Notes: generated by a model not told the origin, from the sequence alone. A stretch of 64,000 nucleotides of DNA from an uncultured Flavobacteriaceae bacterium (GCA_913048115.1 CAJWVI010000002.1:50095-114094); one strand, 5' to 3'. Numbered from the stretch's first letter, positions 10,401 through 18,928 are shown. Numbers and translations are program-made.

Positions 10401-10536
10401 AGAGTATGAGAGGGAGAAGGCTCGTTTCCAAAAAATAATGGCCAAAGAAGGCAAGAAGTTTATGAAGGTTCTGGAAAAAAACAATCTAGGAATGCCATCA
10501 ATAAAAACCAAAAAGGAGTTCTTAACAAAAGATTAA
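7441..10536 (+). CDS. VPS10/sortilin-like beta-propeller protein with BNR (Asp-box) repeats
   Basis: Signal peptide; about 11 Asp-boxes (KSNDGGATF, KSIDGGANF, KTTDGGASW, KTTDYGKTW and others); C-terminal helical region. Confidence 0.88.
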   Translation: MKKIFIFFLLALTFSFTGNAQEEISLKGKQLFGDMRARQIGPALMSGRINDLESHPTNPRIIYAGTAGGGVWKSNDGGATFAPIFDEHVQSIGVVTLDPTNPDQNIWVGTGETWTRNSVSIGDGLFKSIDGGANFEEVPGFENSERITSVVINPKNNQEIYVGVLGALWGDSTDRGVYKTTDGGASWNNILYVGPSTGASDVIMDPTNPNILYASMWQFRRSGWGFNSGGINSALYKSTNGGASWDKIHTGFPTGQLGRIAVAVAPSDASILYAVLETEDKSKNGLWKSLNAGKSWEHLNNDFGLVVRPFYFSRIVIDPKNPDIVLKGGLNGSISRDGGATFKNLGNMHSDIHDLAFHINDSDMIFSGTDGGVYRSWNGGTTFEIVENLPLSQFYHISVDDAVPYNVYGGLQDNGSWYGPSSSPGGVNARDWNSVGYGDGFRVLKHPTKNIVYSEMQGAENVWRYDIDRNRTKTIQPLPKKGDPELRFNWNAPMAVSNHQPDRFYMASQFLHVSENMGDSWTIISPDLTTNDKQKQDQSKSGGLSVDNSGAENHTTIFTIAESPLDEKIIWIGTDDGNVQVTTNAGESWSNVTANLTGIPANTWVYHIEASIHGKGTAYAVFDGHTMGDMKPYAMKTTDYGKTWSSIISKDIQENAFVRNIQEDYVNEDLLFLGTEMGLYVTIDGGKGWSHFTNNMPPVAVHFIDMQKRTNDIVMGTHGRGVIILDDISPLRELNQDVLSKKVHFFKTNPFTMLEESGFAGSFGAETQFVGPNKSTAARIIYYLKKRHTFGKMTMELQDMQGNKVLSLNPGKSKGINIVDWNFNTANPKMAAAKTLSFGGFTSPRVPQGQYKVVLKKGKQTFEHIIETKYDSNSLTSLEERKEQEALTQTMFNMVEDLAYLVYKIGQIQQKANQVIAAKGKATKEAQKILTTTEALRKDLVITSGDNYVATAEPELRERMGALYSNIATSYDRVDGSLKSNFELINEEYEREKARFQKIMAKEGKKFMKVLEKNNLGMPSIKTKKEFLTKD

Positions 10537-10556
10537 ATTTTAAATATTGAAATATT

Positions 10557-10591
10557 AAAACCCTTATAAGTGCAACTTATGGGGTTTTTTT
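10557..10591 (+). terminator. Intrinsic terminator
   Basis: aaaacccttataag-tgcaa-cttatggggtttt plus T tail. Confidence 0.85.
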
Positions 10592-10701
10592 CTTGTAAGT
10601 TTTTTTTATGTAATATATGTTTATAGCGCTGTTTATAACTTGGGCTTGGAAATTTAAATCAAAACCTTACATCTTGTATCTTTATAAAAATAGCAATTAT
10701 T

Positions 10702-11115
10702 ATGGACACACGTGACGCACAATTACTAGCAGCTAGACCCCAAATACCTAGTGCAAGAATAACAGCTGGAATGTCTAAGGAAGAATATTTTCAAAATGCA
10801 ACCTTACGCCCAATAGCAAAACTTCAAAACGATTTATTTGTTCTAGTTTTTAAAAACTACATAACAAAACATAAAAATATATTCTATAACTTAACAATAG
10901 AAAAGCGCTTAGCATATATAGACACTGCTATTTACAAAGATATTAAATTTAGAAATTCATTAAAAGGAATGTTTATTGGTCAATTTACTATCAATGAATA
11001 CGAAAATTATACTAGCAATTCATCTGCCTTTAACAAACGCATGATGAATCTAACCCAAGAACGCTTAAAAAGCAACTTGATGCAGTTTGAAATTACAGGG
11101 GCAACATTACTTTAG
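10702..11115 (+). CDS. Conserved hypothetical protein (family often labelled 'glyoxalase' in Flavobacteria)
   Basis: EEYFQNATLRPIAKLQNDL and KFRNSLKGMFIGQFT resemble a conserved flavobacterial family. Confidence 0.75.
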   Translation: MDTRDAQLLAARPQIPSARITAGMSKEEYFQNATLRPIAKLQNDLFVLVFKNYITKHKNIFYNLTIEKRLAYIDTAIYKDIKFRNSLKGMFIGQFTINEYENYTSNSSAFNKRMMNLTQERLKSNLMQFEITGATLL

Positions 11116-11201
11116 TTTTCTTGAACGTGTTTTAATTAAACTAAAAATGCGCAATGTGCCTCTATCATCAATTTGATTCTATAAGAATAGTTCTCCTTTT
11201 T

Positions 11202-11879
11202 TTATAAAATCGATGCTCCATTAAGATCTGTAGTTAGCACATCACTCATGTAGTCAAAATAAGGTCTTAATAGCCCGAACCCCTCGACCACTTTTTCAGA
11301 AAAGTTTGGTGATTGCACTTGAGAGTCAGTAAACTCATGCACTACAAAAAAACTTTTTAAACGTATTAAATCTATATTAGGATCTTCTTTACTAAATCCT
11401 TTTGGCGCAGTTTTAACCACATAAGATTGATTGAAGTTTTTATAGAATTTTTTAAAGTTATTTTGATCTAAAATAGCCCTAATCTCATCACTGTCCATTT
11501 CAAACTCTTTGCGAATACGTAATAAATCTTTTGGCTCAGGACCAAAAAAACCACCACCAATAGCGCATCCGCCAGGTTCAATACGCAAATAATAGCTACC
11601 ACGCCTATGGGCCCCTAGCCTGCTCCAACTTACACTTCTATGAGAGTTGTACGGGGTTTTGTTCTTGCTAAAACGTACGTCTCTATTGATCCTGAAAATT
11701 TTTTGTTTTTCAATTTTATCTAAGACTGATACACCTTTTAGTATCTCGCCATACAATCCTTTTAAAGAAACCTCACTTGCTTGGTATTGTTTTTTATGTT
11801 CTTGCATCCAATCTTTATGATTGTTCTCTCGAAGCTTATTTAAAAATGCTAGTGAAGCTTTAGAAACGCTATTATTCAT
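11202..11879 (-). CDS. DUF2461 family protein
   Basis: LRENNHKDW, FRINRDVRFSKNKTPY, LKTAP-like VKTAPKGF, DLIRLKSF. Confidence 0.9.
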   Translation of the reverse strand: MNNSVSKASLAFLNKLRENNHKDWMQEHKKQYQASEVSLKGLYGEILKGVSVLDKIEKQKIFRINRDVRFSKNKTPYNSHRSVSWSRLGAHRRGSYYLRIEPGGCAIGGGFFGPEPKDLLRIRKEFEMDSDEIRAILDQNNFKKFYKNFNQSYVVKTAPKGFSKEDPNIDLIRLKSFFVVHEFTDSQVQSPNFSEKVVEGFGLLRPYFDYMSDVLTTDLNGASIL

Positions 11880-12199
11880 ATTAAATGGAGTGTTTAAAAT
11901 TAAATTTAGTCTATTAATATTTACGAATACTACTTTTTAAAGACAAACTCTAGTGATCTCAACAAAAAAAACCAACCAAAGTATTTTGGCTCATTACCAC
12001 AGTAGCGTTCTTATCGAATACAGGTGTAGTTGTTCCGTTTATTGCATCTGCTTTTATGCAACAAGTACTGCTTTTGTTATTATTAATAACGGTATTAGAA
12101 TTACAAGGGTACTAGATTATAGCTGCAAAAGAGCTAGGCGTTTAAACAATTGGTTAAGGTATATAAACTAAAAAAAAATGAAGGCCAGGTACCCAGCAA

Positions 12200-12619
12200 C
12201 TAATGAGCTATAAAACTCTCTATGGCTAGTTTATAACTCTGTAGACCAAAACCTAATATCACTCCTTTAGCACCTGCTGAAATATAAGATTTATGCCTAT
12301 ACTCCTCTCTAGAAAAAGTATTAGAAATATGTACCTCCACAACTGGGCTCGATATTGCCTTTACAGTATCACCAATACCTATAGAAGTGTGGGTGTATGC
12401 GCCAGCGTTTAAAATAATGCCATCATATTCAAACCCTACTCCTTGTAAGGTATCAATAAGCTCTCCCTCGATGTTAGATTGAAAATAAGATAGTTCAATA
12501 TCTGGGTATTGATCTTGCAAGACTAAAAAAAAGGACTCAAAGGAAGCATTTCCATAGATAGCCGTTTCACGGGTACCTAGCAGATTTAAATTTGGACCAT
12601 TAATGATAAATAGTTTCAT
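12200..12619 (-). CDS. aroQ: Type II 3-dehydroquinate dehydratase
   Basis: INGPNLNLLGTRE, QSNIEGELID, NAGAYTHTS, VEVHISN. Confidence 0.97.
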   Translation of the reverse strand: MKLFIINGPNLNLLGTRETAIYGNASFESFFLVLQDQYPDIELSYFQSNIEGELIDTLQGVGFEYDGIILNAGAYTHTSIGIGDTVKAISSPVVEVHISNTFSREEYRHKSYISAGAKGVILGFGLQSYKLAIESFIAH

Positions 12620-12623
12620 AGGT

Positions 12624-12631
12624 CAAATATA
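12624..12631 (-). promoter_or_regulatory. -7 element TATATTTG, 4 nt before the aroQ ATG
   Basis: Exact TAnnTTTG match on the minus strand. Confidence 0.65.
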
Positions 12632-12639
12632 GAAAATAA

Positions 12640-12671
12640 AAAAACGAAAGAAATTGACTTCTTTCGTTTTT
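12640..12671 (-). terminator. Intrinsic terminator
   Basis: aaaaacgaaagaa-attgac-ttctttcgttttt. Confidence 0.85.
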
Positions 12672-12692
12672 AAGTTTTGTTTGAGGGGTTTA

Positions 12693-13229
12693 CTAAAGAT
12701 CGAATACCATACCAATTCTTGCTTGCATATAACCAGAACTTATAACAGGTGTAGACTCAGAGCCTAAACGGGTGTATTTTATTTCTACAAATATGTTAGC
12801 ATTACTAATTAAGTGATATTTATAACCAGCACCAATATTGCCGCCAAATTTTGAATTAGTTATTGTTTGCTCTCCTGAAACAAAACCACCTATAAATGTT
12901 TTTTCTATAAGTGTTTCAAATAGAACCTGACCTCCAGCTAGAAGGTATAATTCATTATATACTTTGTAACGAGCATTTAAATCACTGGTAAACCATTTTA
13001 GACGCTCTTTATTAGGTAATTCATTTACTGTAAACATATTTGTATTACCAATACTCCACTTGTTATCAAGTTCATAAATTAAATCTAAACTACCACCAAT
13101 AGATGAGATTTCAGAAATATAGCCTACTGCAAATCCTGCTTTTAAGCCTCGGGAATCATTGTATTGGTCCTGGGCTTGAGTTATTGAAAACCCTGCTAGT
13201 AAACAAAGTAAAAGAAGTACTTTTTTCAT
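12693..13229 (-). CDS. Small outer-membrane beta-barrel protein
   Basis: Likely start MKKVLLL at 13229; signal peptide; GGNIGAGYKY; amphipathic strands; C-terminal IGMVFDL. Confidence 0.8.
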   Translation of the reverse strand: MKKVLLLLCLLAGFSITQAQDQYNDSRGLKAGFAVGYISEISSIGGSLDLIYELDNKWSIGNTNMFTVNELPNKERLKWFTSDLNARYKVYNELYLLAGGQVLFETLIEKTFIGGFVSGEQTITNSKFGGNIGAGYKYHLISNANIFVEIKYTRLGSESTPVISSGYMQARIGMVFDL

Positions 13230-13278
13230 GCTATTTTTATTTATTATTAGGCCACAAAAATACACTATTTAGCGCAAT

Positions 13279-13310
13279 AAAAAAGTGGAAGCCAAGGCAT
13301 CCACTTTTTT
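13279..13310 (-). terminator. Intrinsic terminator
   Basis: aaaaagtgga...tccacttttt hairpin downstream of the porin gene. Confidence 0.8.
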
Positions 13311-13387
13311 AAAATTTGATTGCTAAACACATTTATTAAAACAAGATTTTCGTTAAAAAAATGTACGTTGCTATTTCTATTTTTAAT

Positions 13388-13927
13388 TTAAAGAAAAGAA
13401 AAACCAACTGCCAAAGTGAATACAGAGTTCCTACCCCCAAAATCACTTACAATATCAGTGAAACCAAAGTTATACCTTCCATCAACACGCAACCCTAAAG
13501 GTAAATCATAGCCTAAACCAATAATTCCTGAAATGTCAGAACTTTCGGCTTCAAGAATTTCACTATCTAAATTTTTAATGCTATCCTCAACCAATATCCC
13601 AAATTGTGGTCCTGCTTGAACATTAAACTTACCCAAAACATAGTATTTAAAAACAACAGGAACATTTACATAGGTTAAATCAAATTTTCCTACGTTAAAA
13701 TCTGCACCTTGTTGAGAGTATAACACATCTACTTGGATTGCAGTTTTTTCACCAAGCTTCATTCTAGCAAAAACACCTGCCTGAATACCCGTTTTACTAG
13801 ATGGCCCATTTTCAGCATCACTTATGGTTGCAAAATTAGACCCAAGTTTAATACCAAGATCAATCTCCTGTGAAAATACTGAAGTGCTAATAAAAAAAAA
13901 GATTACTAATATTGCTGCCTTTTTCAA
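13388..13927 (-). CDS. Porin/PorT-like outer-membrane beta-barrel protein
   Basis: TTG start; signal peptide; LGIKLGSNF, YVNVPVVFKYY, QAGPQFG, RYNFG; terminal GFSFL. Confidence 0.88.
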   Translation of the reverse strand: MKKAAILVIFFFISTSVFSQEIDLGIKLGSNFATISDAENGPSSKTGIQAGVFARMKLGEKTAIQVDVLYSQQGADFNVGKFDLTYVNVPVVFKYYVLGKFNVQAGPQFGILVEDSIKNLDSEILEAESSDISGIIGLGYDLPLGLRVDGRYNFGFTDIVSDFGGRNSVFTLAVGFSFL

Positions 13928-13953
13928 TTGATATATCTTTAATAATTATTCAT

Positions 13954-13961
13954 CAAATATA
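13954..13961 (-). promoter_or_regulatory. -7 element TATATTTG for the porin gene
   Basis: Exact match 27 nt upstream of the start. Confidence 0.6.
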
Positions 13962-14036
13962 CTTATATGGGCGTTAACAGATTTGTTATTTGTATCTTTA
14001 ATTTGTTTTTAATTACAAATTAAGTAGCATTGCATC

Positions 14037-14939
14037 ATGAAATGGCAACAGGCATTAAAAGACTATCAAGACTATTTGCGTATAGAAAGAGGCTTGTCAG
14101 TAAATTCAATTACTAGTTATGTATTAGACATAAAAAAACTTCTAAAATGGCTAGAAGTTTCAAAAATACAGCAGACGCCTATCTCCATTTCTGCAGAGGT
14201 TGTACAGCAATTTATTTACACAATAGCCAAAGATGTAAATCCAAGGTCACAAAGCAGAATCATTTCTGGTCTTAAAGGCTTTTTTAATTACCTCATCTTT
14301 GAACAATATAGAACCACCAACCCCCTGACGCTTATTGAAAGCCCTAAAATTGGCAGAAAACTTCCAGACACACTCGCTACACAAGAAATAGACCAACTCA
14401 TCAAAGCCATAGATTTAAGTAGCCCCCAAGGTGAGCGCAATAGAGCCATACTTGAAACCCTATATGGCTGTGGGTTAAGAGTAAGCGAATTAACCACCCT
14501 TAAAATTTCAGATTTATTCTTTGAAGAAGGATTTATAAAAATTACAGGGAAAGGAGATAAACAGCGTTTCGTGCCAATTGGAGATAATACTATAAAATAC
14601 ATAGCGTTGTACCGCAAACAGGTACGTACACATCAAAAAATAACACCTCAGGCACAAGACACCTTATTCTTAAACAGAAGAGGCAACGAGCTAACGCGCG
14701 CTATGATATTTACCATTATCAAAAAATTGGCAGAAAAAGTAGGTATTAATAAAACTATTAGCCCACATACTTTTAGACACTCCTTTGCTACTCACTTATT
14801 AGAAAATGGAGCAGATCTAAGAGCTATTCAACAAATGCTAGGTCATGAAAGTATTACCACTACAGAAATATACACACACATAGAGACTTCTTTTTTACAG
14901 GAGACTATCACAAAATTTCATCCTCGAAAAGATGAGTAA
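14037..14939 (+). CDS. xerD: Site-specific tyrosine recombinase XerD
   Basis: LYGCGLRVSE, GKGDKQR, HTFRHSFATHLL, LGHESITTTEIY; RGLSVNSITSY N-terminal domain. Confidence 0.92.
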   Translation: MKWQQALKDYQDYLRIERGLSVNSITSYVLDIKKLLKWLEVSKIQQTPISISAEVVQQFIYTIAKDVNPRSQSRIISGLKGFFNYLIFEQYRTTNPLTLIESPKIGRKLPDTLATQEIDQLIKAIDLSSPQGERNRAILETLYGCGLRVSELTTLKISDLFFEEGFIKITGKGDKQRFVPIGDNTIKYIALYRKQVRTHQKITPQAQDTLFLNRRGNELTRAMIFTIIKKLAEKVGINKTISPHTFRHSFATHLLENGADLRAIQQMLGHESITTTEIYTHIETSFLQETITKFHPRKDE

Positions 14940-14941
14940 TA

Positions 14942-16504
14942 TTAGTCTTCTTCTACAGGTGGGTGGCCATGAATGCTTTCGTAGATCGCATCAAAGTTCT
15001 CTCTTAAATGACTACGAAGTTTTAAACGGTAATCATTTTTAAGCCAGCTTATAAAATTATGAGTGCTTTTACTAATACATTTTGAATAGCGCTCAATTCT
15101 AAAATCTATATCATCGCCTAATTTCTTTGCAAGGTTCAAAGCATCATAAATATCTTCGCTATTTTGTGTGCAAATTAAAGCATGTTGGGCAATAGAACGT
15201 TCTAGAATTACCTTAGATGAATGTCCTGCCTTTACAGAATCTGTATATGCCTTTTTAATATCAAAGGTTACTTGTTCAGACTTTGAAAACTCTTCTCTTA
15301 ACTCCTCTGGCATCTCATAAATAAAGTAGCTTTCAAGCTCTTCATCATCCATTAAATTATCCAGATAGTAATTTGGAGACCTAAAGATACGTTGCCAGTC
15401 TAAATCTGCTCCCCAAGGGCCAAAACGATGGAAGTTATTCCCTAAGTCAATAACATCAAAAGTGGTTTTGTTTTTCAAAATACGAGATCCACGACCAATC
15501 ATTTGGTAGTAGAGTGTCAAAGATTTTGTAGCCCTATTTAAAATAATAGACTCAACCGTTGGTTCATCAAAACCTGTGGTTAATATACTTACCGATGTTA
15601 AAATAGCATCTGGAGTTTCATGAAACCACTCTAGTATTTCTTGTCGTTGTTTTTTTGTTGCGGTATTATCTAGATGCATTACAGGGTATCCTGCATAATT
15701 AAAAGCATCATAGACATGTAAAGAGGTATTGATACCATTGTTAAATATTAATGTCTTCTTACCCTTAGAGTGCTCCTCATAGGCATGCATTAGCTTACTA
15801 AGCATGTCATTGGTGGTGTATAAATCTTCAGAAGATTTAACTGTATAATCACCATTAGCACCTATTTCTAGTGAAGTAAGACCTACATTGTAACTAAATG
15901 TATTGGCACTTGATAAAAATTCATTCTCAATCAAGGCCTCAATGGTCTCTCCAACGATAAGCTCATTGTAATTATCATTCATGGGTAACTTGATGTTTGA
16001 ACTCAAGGGGGTCGCTGTTACACCAAGAATAAACGACTTGTCAAAATATCCAAACAACTTTGTAAATGAATTGTAATGCGCCTCATCAATAATTACAAGC
16101 CCAATATCACTAATATCAAACTTTTCATCTTGCAATCTATTATTGAGAGTCTCCACCATAGCAACAAAACAACTATACTGGTCTTGATCATCAAGGTTGG
16201 CTGTACTGTTAACCACTTTGTTAATCACCCCAAACTCTGTAAGCATTTTTGAGGTCTGTGTTAACAATTCAATACGGTGTGTCATAATCAACACACGTTT
16301 GTTATGGTTTTTAAGGTATTGTCTAACAATCTCAGAAAAAATAACTGTCTTCCCTCCACCCGTAGGTAGTTGGTAAAGAAGATGATAGTCCTCTGGGGCA
16401 TCATCAAATGCTGTGAAGATTTTACTTATTGCGCCTTTTTGATAGGCGTATAAATCTTTACCTGTTTTTGTTTCGTCTATACTATTTGAAGTGTCTATAG
16501 TCAC
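14942..16504 (-). CDS. Superfamily 2 DEAD/DEAH-box helicase (ResIII/RadD-like)
   Basis: LPTGGGKT, IIDEAH, GVTATP, LTTGFDEP, QMIGRGSR; GTG start. Confidence 0.88.
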   Translation of the reverse strand: MTIDTSNSIDETKTGKDLYAYQKGAISKIFTAFDDAPEDYHLLYQLPTGGGKTVIFSEIVRQYLKNHNKRVLIMTHRIELLTQTSKMLTEFGVINKVVNSTANLDDQDQYSCFVAMVETLNNRLQDEKFDISDIGLVIIDEAHYNSFTKLFGYFDKSFILGVTATPLSSNIKLPMNDNYNELIVGETIEALIENEFLSSANTFSYNVGLTSLEIGANGDYTVKSSEDLYTTNDMLSKLMHAYEEHSKGKKTLIFNNGINTSLHVYDAFNYAGYPVMHLDNTATKKQRQEILEWFHETPDAILTSVSILTTGFDEPTVESIILNRATKSLTLYYQMIGRGSRILKNKTTFDVIDLGNNFHRFGPWGADLDWQRIFRSPNYYLDNLMDDEELESYFIYEMPEELREEFSKSEQVTFDIKKAYTDSVKAGHSSKVILERSIAQHALICTQNSEDIYDALNLAKKLGDDIDFRIERYSKCISKSTHNFISWLKNDYRLKLRSHLRENFDAIYESIHGHPPVEED

Positions 16505-16528
16505 AATGATGATAATTTAAGCAAGTTG

Positions 16529-16536
16529 CAAAATTA
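16529..16536 (-). promoter_or_regulatory. -7 element TAATTTTG for the helicase gene
   Basis: Exact match 25 nt upstream of the start. Confidence 0.55.
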
Positions 16537-16704
16537 CGCCCTTTTGTGACTTCTACAATGCTAGTAGGGTAGAATTTTTCTGAAATATAAGAATTCTAAA
16601 AAAATAGTAGGCACAATGGCTTACCACTCCTAAGAAAGAGGAAACAATAAAATTTCAGAAAAAAAAATTTTAATACACAGTTGGTAATTAGAGTGTGTAT
16701 TTTT

Positions 16705-16712
16705 TATATTTG
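16705..16712 (+). promoter_or_regulatory. -7 element TATATTTG for yebC
   Basis: Exact match 22 nt upstream of ATG. Confidence 0.65.
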
Positions 16713-16734
16713 ACCTTTACTTAAAAACAATATT

Positions 16735-17454
16735 ATGGGAAGAGCTTTTGAATTTAGAAAAGCAAGGAAAATGAAACGTTGGTCTGCTATGAGCAAGGCA
16801 TTTACTAGAATTGGTAAAGATATCGTGATGGCAGTTAAAGAAGGAGGCCCAGATCCAGACTCTAATTCTCGTTTACGTGCAGTAATACAGAACGCAAAGT
16901 CTGTAAACATGCCAAAAGACAACGTAGAACGAGCCATAAAACGCGCTAGCGATAAAAGCTTAGGAGACTACAAAGAAGTATTGTTTGAAGGGTATGCACA
17001 ACATGGTATTGCTATTTTAATAGAAACAGCCACAGACAATAACACACGTACTGTTGCTAATGTGCGTTCTTATTTTAACAAATGTGATGGCAACATGGGC
17101 ACCTCTGGATCTGTAGTTTTTATGTTTGATCACCTTTGCAATTTTAGAGTGAATATTGGCGATCTGGATCTAGAAGAACTAGAACTAGAGTTAATAGATT
17201 TTGGGGTAGAAGAAATTTTTGAAGATGAGGACGGCGTATTAATTTATGCTCCTTTTGAAAGTTTTGGGAATATTCAAGGGTATCTTGAAACCAATAGCAT
17301 TGAAATTTTATCTTCTGGTTTTGAACGTATTGCTCAAGTAACCAAAACAATAACTCCAGAGCAAACTATAGATGTGGATAAATTACTTGAAAAATTAGAG
17401 GAAGATGATGACGTACAAAATGTCTATCACACTATGCAAGAAACTGCAGAGTAA
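16735..17454 (+). CDS. yebC: YebC/PmpR family protein
   Basis: MGRAFEFRK, GGPDPDSNSRLR, NMPKDNVERAI, EGY, DDDVQNVYH. Confidence 0.95.
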   Translation: MGRAFEFRKARKMKRWSAMSKAFTRIGKDIVMAVKEGGPDPDSNSRLRAVIQNAKSVNMPKDNVERAIKRASDKSLGDYKEVLFEGYAQHGIAILIETATDNNTRTVANVRSYFNKCDGNMGTSGSVVFMFDHLCNFRVNIGDLDLEELELELIDFGVEEIFEDEDGVLIYAPFESFGNIQGYLETNSIEILSSGFERIAQVTKTITPEQTIDVDKLLEKLEEDDDVQNVYHTMQETAE

Positions 17455-17497
17455 GAATCTAAACTTCAAACTATACAAAAGAGCTAAGGCTTAAACC

Positions 17498-17541
17498 AAA
17501 AAAGAACCAAAAAAAAGATATTATTTTTTGGTTCTTTTTTT
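17498..17541. terminator. AT-rich bidirectional terminator
   Basis: aaaaagaaccaaaaaa...ttttttggttcttttt between convergent genes. Confidence 0.75.
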
Positions 17542-17542
17542 A

Positions 17543-18079
17543 TTAACTCCATGCTGGCACCTTACCTGAAATACCTATATAATAAGCTCTTAGCTTTAAC
17601 TCATCTACTGTAATATCTCCAGTAGGATAAAAAGCCTCACTAATACCCATCACTTTATTTTTATAATCTAGACGTACTGAAATAATAGGCACCTTGGCTG
17701 TTATGGCAATATAATAGTATCCCGTTTTCCAGGAAGTTACTTTTTTACGAGTTCCTTCTGGGGCAATAGCCAACCTAAACTCTTGATGAGCTGCAAATAC
17801 ATTTGCTATAGCTTGCACCTTATTCTCTGCTTTATTTCTATTTAATGGGGCGCCACCCATCCATTTAAAATACCATCCAATAGGCCTTTTAAACAATTCT
17901 TTTTTTCCTACAAAATTAATTTGCACATTTAAAATACGTCGCGCAAGTATCGATAATAAGAAATCTACATTACTTGTGTGAGGAGCAATAATTAATACAG
18001 ATTTTTTAATTGATCTATCAAAGTCACCTTCTATTTCCCAACCTAATATGTTGTGGTATATAAATTTTGTGAATCCCAT
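17543..18079 (-). CDS. 1-acyl-sn-glycerol-3-phosphate acyltransferase family
   Basis: APHTSNVDF (HX4D), GKKELF, APEGTR. Confidence 0.9.
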   Translation of the reverse strand: MGFTKFIYHNILGWEIEGDFDRSIKKSVLIIAPHTSNVDFLLSILARRILNVQINFVGKKELFKRPIGWYFKWMGGAPLNRNKAENKVQAIANVFAAHQEFRLAIAPEGTRKKVTSWKTGYYYIAITAKVPIISVRLDYKNKVMGISEAFYPTGDITVDELKLRAYYIGISGKVPAWS

Positions 18080-18187
18080 TTACTTTTTAATATTGTGTTA
18101 TTAGCGGCTTTTTTGAATCTATTATCAAATAAGCATGTTTATATTTTTTTTGACCAAGAAACTATTAAATAAAGTATCCTTATAAAA

Positions 18188-18928
18188 CTAGTCACGTTTG
18201 CTTTTTAAAATAGCATTGGCTTTCACTAAATCTTCTGGCGTGTCAATACCAACACCTTGAACTGTTGTTTCAGCCATTTTTATATTCTTACCGTATTCTA
18301 AATAGCGTATACATTCAATCTTTTCTATAGCCTCGAGTGCACCTATAGGTAAATTATAAAAATCTAATAGTGCCTGCTTTCTAAAGGCATAAATACCTTT
18401 ATGTTTAAAATAACTTATCGCCAAGGCTTTATCACGTGGGTACGGTATAGGTGATCTAGAAAAGTACTGTGCAAAATTTTCTTTGTTTACAATAACTTTC
18501 ACACAATTAGGATCTTTAATTTCATCCCAATCTGTAATTTTAACCATCAAGGAGGCAAGATCTATTTTGGCAGCATCCTTAGCCTTAAAAACTTCCAAAA
18601 CATCTACCAATGCTTCTTTATTAGTAAAAGGTTCGTCTCCTTGAACATTTACCACTATATCAATATCCATGTGCGATACAGCTTCTGCAATGCGGTCACT
18701 ACCGCACTGATGTTCTTTGATACTCATGATGGCTTTTCCACCATGGGCTGTAATTTCTTTAAAAATAATGTCACTATCTGTAACCACAAAAACATCCTCA
18801 AACAACCCCGTTGCAACAGTTGCTTGATAGGTGCGTAAAATCACAGTTTGACCACCTAAGTCTTGCATCAATTTTCCAGGAAAACGGGAGGCCTGGTAAC
18901 GTGCCGGTATCATTGCTATTATTCTCAT
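18188..18928 (-). CDS. kdsB: 3-deoxy-manno-octulosonate cytidylyltransferase
   Basis: [37 protein letters not shown]. Confidence 0.96.
   Translation of the reverse strand: MRIIAMIPARYQASRFPGKLMQDLGGQTVILRTYQATVATGLFEDVFVVTDSDIIFKEITAHGGKAIMSIKEHQCGSDRIAEAVSHMDIDIVVNVQGDEPFTNKEALVDVLEVFKAKDAAKIDLASLMVKITDWDEIKDPNCVKVIVNKENFAQYFSRSPIPYPRDKALAISYFKHKGIYAFRKQALLDFYNLPIGALEAIEKIECIRYLEYGKNIKMAETTVQGVGIDTPEDLVKANAILKSKRD

Noticed and set aside
14037-14939. Tyrosine recombinase as a prophage or island integrase
   Set aside because: It has XerD-type size and N-terminal domain, housekeeping neighbours, and no att sites or mobile genes
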